Source of the DNA: Camelus dromedarius
Lineage: Eukaryota
Assembly: GCF_036321535.1 (NCBI RefSeq)
Contig: NC_087436.1
Span: forward strand, 30,258,001 to 30,322,000
Length of the DNA stretch: 64,000 bases
Direction of reading: 5' to 3'
Position 1 is the first letter of the stretch. Each line of letters opens with the position of its first letter. The notes beneath the pieces were generated by a model. That model searched no databases, had not been told where the DNA came from, and worked only from the letters and a program-made list of their open reading frames with translations. Positions 13,264 through 25,900 of the stretch are shown in pieces. The position numbers were made by a program, and so were the translations under genes.

Positions 13264-13741
13264 TTTTTGTCCAGCTTTATTGAGATATAATTGTCATATA
13301 ACATTTTAACTTAAGGTATACAATGATTGATATATGTATATATGGTTACCACAATGTTTAGGTAACATCCATCACCTCACATAATTAATTTTTTTTCTTG
13401 TGATGAGACATTTATGATCTACTCTGTTAGTAACTTTCAAATATACAGTACAGTATTATTAACTCTAATCCCCATGCTGTACATCACATTCTAGTAAAAT
13501 TCTTATAACTAGAATTTTGTATCTCTTGACCACCTATTTCTCCCACTTCCCCAACCCCCTGCCTCTGGCAACTACGAATCTGTTCTCTGTTTGACTTCAT
13601 TTTTTTAAGATTCTACATGTAAGTGAGATCATACAGTATTTGTCTTTCTCTGATTTATTTCACTTAGTATTATGCCCTCAAGATCTATCCATGTTATTGC
13701 AAATGGCAGGATTTCCTTCTTTTTTATGCCTGAATAATATC
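13264..13741 (-). mobile_element. L1MA-type 3' end, 5'-truncated, with TSD
   Basis: cagctttattgagatataattg...aagtgagatcatacagtatttgtctttctc...gcaaatggcaggatttccttcttttttatg. Flanked by agaccaaaata (13253-13263) and aggccaaaata (13742-13752), 10/11 identical. Confidence 0.9.
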
Positions 13742-16659
13742 AGGCCAAAATACTAAAATTTAATACATGAACCATTTCTCTTTATTTGTTATATTGCTAC
13801 ACTTCAGAAATCGTCATGAATTTGCTAGATAGTAATATGGCTTAGTAATTTTATGAGTTATAGCGAATCATAATAAAGTGCATTTCAAGACAATATGGAT
13901 AGGGCTGTCTGCAACATGGATTCATTTAATTTTCAACTTAAGAGTTTTAAATAATCCAGAGCAAGGAACTAAGACTGTGACTAATTTTAGACTGTTTATT
14001 TAAAGTTGAAGAGGAAAATATGCCTTTGCAAACAAGCAAGAATATTTCTATTAAGAAAAACTTCAGAAACCATTCAGACTTGTCAAGTGTTCCTCTCCAA
14101 CATGTATTATGTGCATACTTATCTGTGCATGTCTTTTGACATGAATTTTTTTGGAAGGACGAAATTAATTCTATTTTCTGATTCCATTTCGTAGATATAA
14201 TCTTTAAGTATGCCTAACTTTAGATATGACTTGGATAACTAAAGTAAAGTAACATAGTAGAATAGATTGAAAAGTTTAACAAGTATTCAGATCCTGTTTT
14301 AGAAACAGACTACAGTTTTAATATTGATAATGGCTGTGATCAAACCTGTGTCAAAAAAAAGAATACTAGGTTTATTGAAACTAATTATTTATTGAAAATA
14401 GCTATAACAGCAATTTGCAGAAACATGATTATAATCTTTGATACACTTGTTATTTGTCAATAGTTATTTCAGTGCTTCAGTGAAAAAGTAATTTTGTTGG
14501 CATCGTCAGTGTCTTAATTAAATCTCCATGCCTAAACAATGCAATGTAAGGAACAACTTAACCCTTCTTATGGAAAAAATTGAATTTAGGAGCAGGTTGT
14601 TAAATTCATGTTTACTTAAATATAAAGACACATTTTTTTCATCAATATTTTTGACAGGTTTGGATTGAATTCAGACCCACAAGATTTTCTGACATGAGGT
14701 TTCCAAAGCTATTGCTTTAGTGATTCTGCATAGTATATTATAAATGTGTTTTTTCCCACTGACTTCTCTTCATTTCACCCTATCTATAGACATTCCTTGC
14801 ACATTAATGTATTTCTCTGAGCCCAGCTATTATCAGGGCAATTCTCTATGAACTTGCTTTTGCTGTTATCAATGATTATGACTTTGAGTATGTTGTGCTT
14901 ACAGCTAAAGATTTGTAAGAAGCTTTTATTCAGCTCTGCATTTAAATACCCCAAATATCTCAAAATATCCCTTTTACCAACCTTTTGACACTTTCCATGA
15001 TGTAACCATGTTTGGCTTTTTCTTTGTACTCAGAACAAGAGGTATAAATAAACACTGTAATTGAATTTATTCCAAATAAAATGAGCTACCTGTAATATTC
15101 TGGAAAAATACAAAATGAAAAACTGTCATGACCACAATTCTTATTTCAATTTAATAATTATTTCAATTTGAGCCACTAGGATAATGAGATGAATGAATTA
15201 GCAAACTGCTGGTATTCTTTAATTATAATAACGCAGAAAGTATGTAGTTGTCTTCAAATACATAAACTGCAGGGTTTAATAGATACATTTTAAAATATCT
15301 ACACTGCCATTCACTGTTTCTATGTTTTCTGGCAAATTATGTAATGTATCCAAATTTCACCCTATCTATCTTAATATTATTACAACTGCCCAAAATGGTG
15401 TTCTGAGGTTTAAACTTATTCTCAGGGTCCTTGAAATGTAATAAAATATTTATCAAACACAAGATCATCATTGAAGTTAGTCCATACAAAATTTGGAGAA
15501 AAGTTTAAGACATTTAAATATATTGCCTTATATTTATTTTTGCTGTACCATGTATAAATACTTTTGTATTGAGTATATCACATATAATCATAATTATTTT
15601 TCTTAATGTTCATATTTGTGGGCATCTTGTATCATGCCAAATGATAAATCAAAATTTGAGAAAACAGAGATAATAATGAGTAAATGTTCCAAGAGAATTA
15701 AAAAAAAATCAGAAATCAAAATAAAAACCATAGAATATGATCAAAGGTTCTGACTTTCCATAAAACTGAGAAAATATTTTCAATAATCCTCACATGGCCT
15801 GGGAAAATACTCAGTGAGATAACAGTGCAGGTATATTTTAACTAAATTAAACTAAATTATTTAAAATAATGGTAAGGTGACTCTTTACTAATTTTTATTG
15901 AAGCTGTGAAAATTTAGTTTAAAATGAAATTTTGTCAGTTTATGTTTTAAATGGAAATTTAACAGAGGTATTGTAATGTTTTGGACCATCAATGATATTT
16001 CTTATAGTTAGAAACACAAAACAGTTCTCCAACTCTGTCAGAGTAATAAATGTAATTTATACTTACTTTACTTGAGTTTTTTTTTTTAAGTAAGTGAATA
16101 ACAAATAGTTCATATTAACTGGTAACCCTTAATTTAAGTCTATTGATTATATGATTTAGGAATGATATAATAACCAATTATTACTTGATTTACCACAATG
16201 AAGCAAGTGGATAATCTCTACACAGGTCTGTATCACTCTTAACCATGTGACAATTATACTATATTTAAGGAAACAATTAGAGGGGAAAATAAATTATTTT
16301 AATTCATTTAGAGGAAGAACACAATGTGACAGTTTCTTTATTCTTTCAAAAAAATGTTTAATTAGTTCCTAGTAATTTCTGGCAATAAAGGAATGACTCA
16401 AAATTATTTGGGCCTTGCCTTTGGTAAGTTTTATTAAAATAATAGAAAAGGATATCAATAAATAATATTACAAATAAGTATAAGACTTTATTAAATTCTG
16501 TTGACATATTTTAAGCAATGGAGTGGAAACTCCATTTTTATGTAGTAGTGGAATGTATGATTTTGCTTATATGAACATTCATTCCAGATGCAGTGAAAAT
16601 ATATTTCAATTGAGCAATATTAGACATGAAGTTGACCCACTCTGAAGCTAATGTAGATT

Positions 16660-17400
16660 GAAACAAGATAAAATCAATAGGATTAAATTGTGAATTAACT
16701 ATATGCATTTGAGAAAAAAGAAGTGTCAAAGATGACTTCTGAGATGTTGGTTTATTTAAGTGGATGGATGATAGCATTTATCAAATCAAGAAGTTTGAAT
16801 TCTTTGAGTTTTAGGATTCTTTGAAACAAATGTATTTTAAAACTTGAGCCTAGAAGTCAGAGAGATGTCCTAATTGAATATATAAGTTGTGAGTCTTGTG
16901 AGCAGTTGAATCATGAGCCTGGGTAGAATAACCTAGAGAGAATATAGCATGAAGAAGCCCGCGACCAAACACTAAGTCACAGTGACTACTAGTGGGCAGC
17001 TGATAAAAATATGCTCACCAGATAAAAACAAGTATCACCAATTTGGCACAAGCAGAGAGACAGGAGGAAAGCCAGAAAAAGGTGTTCAGAAACCAGAGGA
17101 AGAAGGCATTTTAAGGAACAGGGAGTGATTTCAAGTGTGGCTAAGTAGTCAAATGATGTAAGTACTGGAAAAAATATTTGTTGGCTATTTTGGAGACTAT
17201 TGTAACCATAATAAGAACTGGTTTAATGGGAACATTTAAATGACAGACAGACCTGAATTATATGGGGAGAAAATAGAAATTGAGAAAATGAAGACATATC
17301 TTCCCAAAAGTTCATCTATGAAAGGAGAGAAAGAAGTAAATATAATGTGCCAGGGTTGAGTTTTAAATGTTAAAATTGTTTGGTTAGAGCTTGGATATGT
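16660..17400 (-). mobile_element. L2 fragment
   Basis: gtcaaagatgacttctgagat...ggatggatgatagcattta...ggaggaaagccagaaaaaggtgttcagaaaccagaggaagaag is typical antisense L2. Confidence 0.7.
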
Positions 17401-17442
17401 TAAAACCAATGGAATGGATCCAGTTTACTAGGAGAAACTGAC

Positions 17443-17525
17443 CAGAAAAGAGAAGAAAGAGAAAGGTAGGGACTGGGAGGAATGGAGGAAGGGAAGGAGA
17501 GAGGGAAAGAAAGAAAGAGTGAAAC
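17443..17525. repeat. Polypurine (GA-rich) low-complexity tract
   Basis: About 80 bp that are almost entirely A/G. Confidence 0.8.
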
Positions 17526-18223
17526 AGTATAAAATTCATAAGAAGGCAGGAGATATTGAACCCAAAATGCAGATAGAAAATGTATTCTAAGAGCTAGAGT
17601 TAGTAACATCTGTTGAAATCCAGATATTATAGGCCCATAGAATCATTACAGATATTTACAAAGATTTTCTCAAATCGTTATATGGCAGTAAAATTGCTTT
17701 AGAAATTTTGGAGAATTTATCTGTGAACTGACATCAATGCTGACCTTTAATACATCATTAGAACTTGTAAGATATGACAGCAGGTTTTATCAAAATATAT
17801 AATTCTCCTCTAAATTTACAAAGAATCATTTCAAAATCATAGTCTGCAAAATTATAAATATAGGAATATACAATAAGAGGGGGAAAATGTAAGAAAATTG
17901 TAATGAATCCAGATTGATCTTCAAGGAGACACAAAATATAATTAAAGTGTGCTCATGGTCAAGTATTTCGATATTAGGTTTAACTGAATTAAACACTATT
18001 AAAGGGTTTTCAATAAAAACCTAAAAATTTTATCTGATGCACTTAGTGTTTGCCAAATTTACAAGAAACTATCAGACTTAATTTGAGTTTATTATTTTTA
18101 TTAGAGAGATAATTTCTATTTCTAGTTTCCCCCCTAATATTTTAAGTGAGGAATTCATTTGTATGCAGGAGTTTGGGAGAACATGATGCCTGACTATAGA
18201 ATCAAATTATATTGTTGAAGAAG

Positions 18224-18243
18224 TTAATTAATTAATTAATTAA
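18224..18243. repeat. (TTAA)5 microsatellite, self-complementary
   Basis: ttaattaattaattaattaa read directly. Confidence 0.9.
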
Positions 18244-19544
18244 AATGTAACTATCCAGGATCAATTGTGCAGTGGGTGTTAGATCCTTTTTATATTAAAA
18301 TATTGTAGTTGGTGGTTGGTGGTTTGTGACAAAGTTTCATTAAAAATTTAATCATGTTAAATTAATATTTTACTTCACTGCACACTTTTACCTTTCCATT
18401 ATGCATACTGCAGTATATTCTCAGAGAATTTGAACTTGTATTGTTTTATAAAGAAAATTCATATTGCCAATCATCTAAGGAAAATAATAGAGAGGATCAA
18501 GTTTATTCCCTGCCACTTTCTTTCAAATAATAGCATTATTTATTTAAATTTGATATTTTATGAAAGAACAAAATTATTAATAAATCTATTAGCATTACAA
18601 ATAATGATTCTGAAAAAATCCATGAAGAATTATGAATGAAATACTCTCAGGAACTTGGCAACTAGATTTTAATTTTTTAGTATCTAGAATTTCCTATTTT
18701 ATTTACCCACAGAATCACACTGAGATAAATGCTGACAAGTTATCTCTTTCTTTTGGACCAAAGTAAAATATAGAACATTTAATGTTAAGACATATCTGAT
18801 TTATTGTTTGTGATGTTTATTGAAAGAAAGTTTTTTTTGTTTGTTTATTTTTTCAATAGTCTTCAGAGTCAGCACGATTCTCTTAGGGGTTGGAGAATGT
18901 GTGGAAACATGAAAACTTTAGCCCTCAGCTCTATTCCAGCCTCAACCAGAAAGAATACTGCTTTTCACTTGAAAATTTTCATTACAGTCCCAATATGGAT
19001 CTTAAATTCCATGTCATAAAATATTCCTTTATTTCTCAAAAATGTATTTAAATAATTTTTTATTCTATAACATGAAGAATATTTGAAATAAGCATCTTTT
19101 GGTAGAAGTGTCATAATCTCTCTTTAGTTGTTGCTAGATTCCAAAGTACCCTCCATCGCTTCAAAAACCATATTCTTTTGTCACAATTTGGAGCCCTGGA
19201 TCCTTAATCTATCATTCTAATATTATTTCTCATTGCTGGAGTAAAAAGTGGACTCTGTCAAACTATATATTCTGTAGCAAATCCTTGGGTAAAATCATCC
19301 AAAATTGTCCAAGAGACCTTAGGTAGAAGTCTAGCCCTGATAAGGGATACACCTTCATTCCCTTTTGTTTAGTCATTGGGAAAAAAAAAATTAACTACTC
19401 TTATGTGTAAATTGTCGCTGTAGCATTAGAAATTTGGATGATATCTGAACAAAATCAACACAGGCTGGAGATTACATTCTAGCAAGTAAGATATATGTAA
19501 AATGAGTGGTGGCAAGATTCCTTGTTTAACTGATGTTATAGCCA

Positions 19545-19655
19545 CCATGAAGGAGAAGTACAAATGCTATGAGCAGATGTACCAGGTTGTCCTACTCTAG
19601 GATGGAGCTTCAGGGAAGACTTTCTGGTAGATACTGTTAAGCTACAACTGAGGTG
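19545..19655 (-). mobile_element. L2 3' fragment
   Basis: caaatgctatgag...tcagggaagactttctggtagatactgttaagct resembles the antisense L2 3' region. Confidence 0.5.
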
Positions 19656-19929
19656 TCATTTCAGTAACAGGAAATAAGTTCTCCCTCTGCCCTGGGGCAG
19701 GAAGGAATAAAGCACATTAACAGAGGGAATGGATGGATTTTATTTATTATAAGCAAATGATTATATAAGAAGATAGTCTTTCTGTGCTCAGAAGCACCAT
19801 TTTCTATTTGTAATACCATGCTGGTGTTGAGCAGCTGGGTGGGTAGAATGTAGTAGATATTCAACATCTTTTGATTTCTTACCATGCAATCAATGTTATA
19901 TAATCCATGATTTTTCCCACCATATGAAA

Positions 19930-20460
19930 TGTCATGAGAGCCAGGGACTACAGCCCTATTCTGGAAACTGGTAATTCTAAGGAGTCACTTGGCCAGGCTT
20001 ATTGATACAGACTTTTGTTCAACAGGCACAACCACTCTCAACTTGTAATGAATAGCTAATTTGGCAAAAAATGCTGGAATGATGGGAGAGCCTTCCTCAG
20101 GAAGGTATGCTGGCAGCAAGTAGAGGGACATCAGAAGAGCACTGAGAGCAAAGATATCATGTCATTAAGATCTAGCGCCTGGAAATAAGATTTGGTATCT
20201 GATGCTCTGAAAACTAAGAGCCAGCTTCTCAATGGGTAAGTTCTCTGGGCACGATTTTGCTGGTAGTGTTGAATGTGGCCAGATTTCTGTTGTTCTGACT
20301 GGTTAACTTCTTCCTTTGAAGATTTTCTGAGTCTGGTTCTCTAGGCTTTTTTTTTTTTTTTTTTGCTAATTTAGTTATCTAAAATTTTATTTAATTCCCC
20401 TTCTGCTTAAATAGACAATGGTAGATTTCTATTATTTGGGACTAAGAAAGATTAATTCAG
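19930..20460 (+). mobile_element. Old ERVL/MaLR-class LTR (5' LTR of the adjacent internal region)
   Basis: The U5-like end aattccccttctgcttaaatagacaatggtagatttctattatttgggactaagaa leads directly into internal sequence. The left boundary is uncertain. Confidence 0.5.
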
Positions 20461-23140
20461 GAATCACTATCAAGAGAACAAAATGGAGGGGGCTGAGAGA
20501 AGAGGGTGGGAAAATTTGGGAGTGGTTATCTGGCTTTGCTGAGGCTACGTGGAAAATCCACCTATTGCTAAGGAATCTGGCAGCCGTGACACGAAGTGGG
20601 AAATGATTAATTCCTTTTTCACTACTGTCACCTGGAATGAAGTTCTCATTGAGAACTAAGCTTAAATATTAGAATGGCTGATACCCTGAAATGGTATGAA
20701 GAACAAGAAAAAATATAGTAACTTGAGTTGGATTAGCTATTGTTAATAGTTCTGTACATCATTAAAGAATAGAACAGGAAGTAAATATCCCTAGAGGTAT
20801 TGTATCCTAATATTCAAGATATAGCCTAAAAACTGACAGACTCTCCTCTTCTTTTTATAGAAAGAGTGGGACCCTGAAAAGTGTAACAGAGAGGGTATAA
20901 AGGTTTAAAGTTAAAAAAAAAAAAACAACAAAAAACCTAAAATCCCACCAAATCCTACTGAATCTCCCCATCTCTTATTATGATGAAGTTATTTTCTTGC
21001 TTAGAGAGGGCCAAAAGCTAATGTAGAAAGGAAGCGATGATAACAGATAACCCTTCCTGAGGATGCTGTCTTGTAAGATGAACTCAGTTCTCCCCCTGCA
21101 CTCACAACCGTTCCTCACTACACCTACACCGACTCACATGAGTTGTGTCCATACCAACATGTGTGGGGGGAGGGTGGTGGTAAAAATGATATGAAAATGA
21201 AAGCAGGAAGGAGAAGACTACTCAAAAAATACTAATAATTAACTAACATAGAGTCATAAAAAACTCTTGGTAATAAGAATATGAATGAGTTCTTAGAATT
21301 CTGAGAGGGAGGAAAGAATACACTTTTAGAAACAGCTAAATCTTCAGTCACTGGTGGACCAAGCTATATGATGCTCTGAGGTCAGAAGTTGCTTATTATA
21401 TATGAGAAGGAATAATTCAAAAAGTTCAGAAAAGAAGTGTTTTTTGAGGAATAGTTATCATGTACAACCTCTCCAACTAGCTCTTAAGCGCTGAGAAATA
21501 AATCCAGATTTATTGAGGTCAATTTGCTAAACATTAAATTTGCTGAAGCCAGTGAGACATATAACCAATTCTGAATATATTAGTTTTCTTCAGCTATTCA
21601 TTTTCATTGATTAGTTGAACTGGGTTGTCAACATGTGTGCATGGTATGGCCACTATCAGTACAAAAATGAGGATAAAGATAAACAAGCCAATAAAGAGAA
21701 ACAAGGTGTTCTGCAGATTGGATTCCTGGTAAGAGGGCCTAAGAATTACCTCTCCCTGTGCCAATGAGCTCTGACATGGAACTCCAAGGACGTAAAGAGT
21801 TTTATATTCAAACTTAGCTTTCCAGGTTTTGCTAAGAAGGCTATTTGTCAGGAAGAAGGCTGTATGCCATTTAACTTGACTTGGCACTTCTAACTATTTA
21901 GACCTATGGCATATGGACTTTTACCTGTATTCTTGCCATGAGCAAGACACGTATGTATCGACTAGGCTTCTGTCAGGGCTGCCATCTGTGGACATTCACC
22001 ATTTTATGATATCCTACACAGCACTACTTCCAACCAATACATTTATTTTAAAGTCAAAAGTAAGGTAATAGGCTGATACTCACTGATTTAGTGGTCTTAC
22101 TGTAGTCCCCATTACATAGAGGTAGAATGAAAAACTGTCAGAATGGTTATATTTCACAAAGTTGCAGTGAAAATGTGGAAACAATGTATAGGAATGTCAT
22201 AAAGAATGAGAAATACCATAAACTAGCAACAAATCAATGGTGCTACTTTTCTCACAGACAAAAGATGGGGTACATTACAACAAGCCGAAATTCCTAACCC
22301 ACCAAGAGAGATAGGAAGAGATAAATGATTGATAGATAAATAGACAGATAGATAGGTAACCTTAAAAGAAATTTAAGTGGCTATTAGTCATTTTAATGTA
22401 TAAATATTATTTGAGTTATAATTGAAAATTAAACTCAAATAAACAAAACCCCAAAATGACAACAACACACACACACACATAACTGGAAAAGCCAGTGCCA
22501 TTTGGATATTTGAAGATAGAAAGCTATTACAAAACTTTAGCCACGGAAAGAATCCTTATTTCTTATAAGAAAAATATATATTTATGGAAACCTTTCTCTA
22601 GAAATGCAACCATCATTCCATTTAATACGATCAGAGGCTGCCCACCGGCAAGTTCAGGCTCCTCATGCCAGTAGGTTAACAGGTAGATAAAGAAGTTACT
22701 ATTTTGGTAAAATATTTATTCCTGACTTTGAAAGTAAATAGAGTTGTTGCTCCCAGATAATGCCAGAGAGAAGATTAGATGAAACAGTCTATTTAATAAA
22801 AAGCCTTTTTTGGCCAAGGAAAAAAGTTAATGTTAGAATACAGGTAGAATCAAATGATTCAGATTCTTCAAAAATAAAGTTTCATTTTCAACTGGAAAGT
22901 GAAAGACAAGCTGAAGTGCTAACCACTGACAAAGTGAACATGGAAATGATTTTTGAGGAGGGGAGTAACAAACACTAACTTGGCAACCAATTATGGAGAT
23001 GAGAATTATGACATACCCTCACATTCATATTAGTTTTTAGTCTAATGCAAATACCCATGCATATAAAACTTGAATTTCTTTATATGTTTGTTTACCCACC
23101 ACTTTAGATAGGGCATTTTGATGGTGATAAACTTTGCTAT
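20461..23140 (+). mobile_element. Decayed ERV-L-type internal region (gag, integrase and post-integrase remnants)
   Basis: gag-like stretch at about 20700-20780. Integrase-like DNA (resembling HGIPHSIASDQGTHF..WSYHVPHH) at 22000-22130. ctgcccaccggcaagttcaggctcctcatgcca (LPPGHFGLLMP-like) at about 22640. gctgaagtgctaacc...gaggaggggagt (AEVLA..EEGS-like) at about 22910-22965. No intact ORF. Confidence 0.7.
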
Positions 23141-23259
23141 TTTTTTCTAAAGAGTTGAATATATCAAGATATAATTATGATAGACTAGACTAACAATGAA
23201 CTTCAACAGAGACTTTGAATTTGAATTGGCTGAGGATATACCGCTTTTGGTATTTCCAG

Positions 23260-24650
23260 TTCTTGTTTGCCCTGCTAGGTTTGTAATAAAAGCCAATTTC
23301 CAGGGCCAGTAATCGGCAGTAAGGCCAAGGATAGCACTGAGTTTCAGGTGAGTCTCAACCTCTACTTCGATGAAATCTTCCCTATTCCCACTAGGAAGTC
23401 CTTTGTGAAAGTATTTCCCTGTTAAGAATAAGGATGTATTACCTGTCATAATCTAGGGTATAAAGATGGAAAGAGTAAAATTTTCAGGTCACTCATTCAT
23501 AGTAGTGGAGAGAGGGGAAAAAATCCTACTTTTATGCTTTGATTTTTAAATTCATGTATTCCAAAAGGACAGTGTTACAATTAGTCAAGTCAATACCCCT
23601 GTCTGTCATCTTAGCTAAACGTTCCAAATATTCTGTTCTTTATTTTAGACAAAATTTGATAATGAATCATATGGTGAGACTCAAGAATCATGTAAGACTC
23701 AAGAACTGCATAGTTAGGAGCTCATTAACTGCAATTTTGGGGGCTACAAAAATGATTCTTCAATGTGTGGTAATATTGCATGGGGCAACACATCAACAGA
23801 TGAGGCATTCCGTAAGCCTTGGATATGGCGATAGCTGAGTCAAACCCATAGTCACTGGAGATATATATGTATATATATTTGTATCTCAGTAAAGACAATT
23901 TGCTGCCTCCTTTATGGTGAAAGGGGTTCAATATAACTTACTGCTGCTGTCAGGATATGATGTTGTGTTCTCTAGAAACAGTAGTTCTGAGTCAGAGTTC
24001 TTAGTCAGTCTCTGCTGCTGTTTGCTAACATCTAGCAGTCAGGGAATATCGGTGAAAATCTGTAACTTAGTCTTTCCTCACACGAAGTGGATGTCCAGGG
24101 ATAATGCCAATGGATCTGCCCACCCAGATGATTTCTTTTATCTCCGTCCTTTGTGCCTCTCTATGAGTGGGGTTATTATGCAGCAGCACTCTTTTTGCAG
24201 CTAGAACCAACATATCACACTTAATAGTCTGAAAACTTTACCTGAATCTTTTCCCTCTTCATCAGCTAAGAAACCCCAAGAGGCATCAGTACAATGGAGG
24301 CATGTTATGTCAGGTCTGGGCCATCTGCTCATGCAATTTTCTCATGACTTTTGGACTTACTCAAGATGGAGATATCACTTACATTGTATAATGGATTTTG
24401 GCTATTTCCACTTGATGTCATGTGTCACAGGTTCTTAAGGCATCCAATTCATCATTGGAAGCTAGGTTCGTACAGTCACATGTTGTTTCATGATCCAATG
24501 ATCATTCTCTAAAAGGACTCAGCAGAATGTCACACACTGACTTCCAAATAGAAAGCAGTTCCCTGCTGTGACAGGATGGCATGTAAACAAAAAGAGCCAA
24601 GTCTTCTTCCTGCTGGCTCCTTTTGATCTCCTGCCTTTTAGTCCTGGTCA
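23260..24650 (-). mobile_element. Decayed ERV-L-type pol/integrase internal fragment, opposite strand
   Basis: The reverse complement of 24310-24570 follows the ERV-L pol motif order YSPFEKQLLACYWAL..HQVTMRPELPIMNW..SIIKWKWY..KLHEQMAQ, with many substitutions. 23290-23400 matches the LPPG..LNWKLR..IDPDY.GEIG region. Confidence 0.7.
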
Positions 24651-25044
24651 AAGTTATTCTCTCATATTGTTAACACACACTTCTTGGTTGTTTCATAGCC
24701 CACGCAGACTGCCACTGGGAAAGTCACAAACTGTGAGTTAATTTAGAGCCCTTTTTTTGCACTGGCGTTTCTAAGGATCCCCTCCATGGATGAAAAGTGC
24801 ACCACCTGGGAAGGAAGGCTGATGCAGGAGTATCAAAGAACTAGAAGATAAAGTAGGTCACTAGACTCTCTGCTTAGCAAGCTGCCGGGGCTGAGAGGAC
24901 AGATGAACCCAAGGGATTTCAAAGAGGCCCATAAACTAGGTCCTGTATAGCAGAAATCTGAAAAATAAAAATACCCAGTCAGAATTCATGATGTTCAGCA
25001 ATGTTTGGAATAGAGCCTATGATTAAAAACTAGTTTTATTTTAA

Positions 25045-25900
25045 AGTATCCAAACTGGAAGGGAAGAAGTAAAATTGTCATTATATGCAAGATGACATGA
25101 TACTACATGATGAAAACCCTAAAGATGCCACACAAAAACTATTAGAACTGATAAATGAATTTAGCAAGGTAGCAGACATATGACTAACTTACATAAATCT
25201 GTTGCGTTTCTTTACACTAACAATGAATTATCAGAAACGGGAAGTAAAAAAATAATCTCTTTAAATCACATTAAAAAACAACAACAACAAAAAGACTTAG
25301 GAATAAGCCTGACCAAGGAGGTAAAGAACTTATACATTGAGAACTATAAAACATTGATAAGGGACACTGGAGATGATATAAAGAGATGGAAATATATTCC
25401 ATTCTCTTGGATTGGAAGAAGTAATACTGTTAAAATGACCATACTACCCAAAGCAATCTACAGATTTAATATGATCTGTATCAAATTACCCATGACATTT
25501 TTCACAGAACTAGAACAAATAATCCTAAAATTTGTATAGAATTACAAAAGACCCAGAATTGCCAAAGCAATCTGAAGAAAAAGAACAAAGCTGAAGGCAT
25601 GACTTCCCAGACTTCAGACAATACTACGAAGCTACAGTAATCAAAGTAGGGTGGTACTGAAACAAAACAGATCAATAGAATAGTATAGAGAGCCTAGAAA
25701 TAAACCTACACACCAAACAACAAGGTCCTACTGTATAGCACAGGAAACTATATTCAATATCTTGCAATAACCTATAATGGAAAGGAATCTGAAAAGGAAT
25801 ATATACATGTATATGCATAATTGAATTACTTTGCTGTACACCTGAAACTAACACAACATTGTAAATCAACTATCCTTCAATAAAAAAGATGAAAAAAAAA
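25045..25900 (+). mobile_element. L1 (artiodactyl-type): ORF2 RT/thumb fragment fused directly to the 3'UTR tail
   Basis: ORF 25180-25539 reads [51 protein letters not shown], which is clearly L1 ORF2. At about 25714 the sequence jumps to aaacaacaaggtcctactgtatagcacagg, then AATAAA and poly-A. Confidence 0.92.

Noticed and set aside
21594..21728. Plus-strand 135-nt exon (ttttcttcag|...cctg|gtaaga)
   Set aside because: It has stop codons in all three frames and lies within ERV-derived sequence, so there is no support as a coding exon.
23665..23706. Repeat agactcaagaa x2 giving NH(M)VRLKN twice in an ORF
   Set aside because: It is a small imperfect tandem duplication inside decayed ERV sequence.
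25180..25539. 119-aa ORF as a host gene
   Set aside because: It is an L1 ORF2 fragment bounded by frameshifts and stops.
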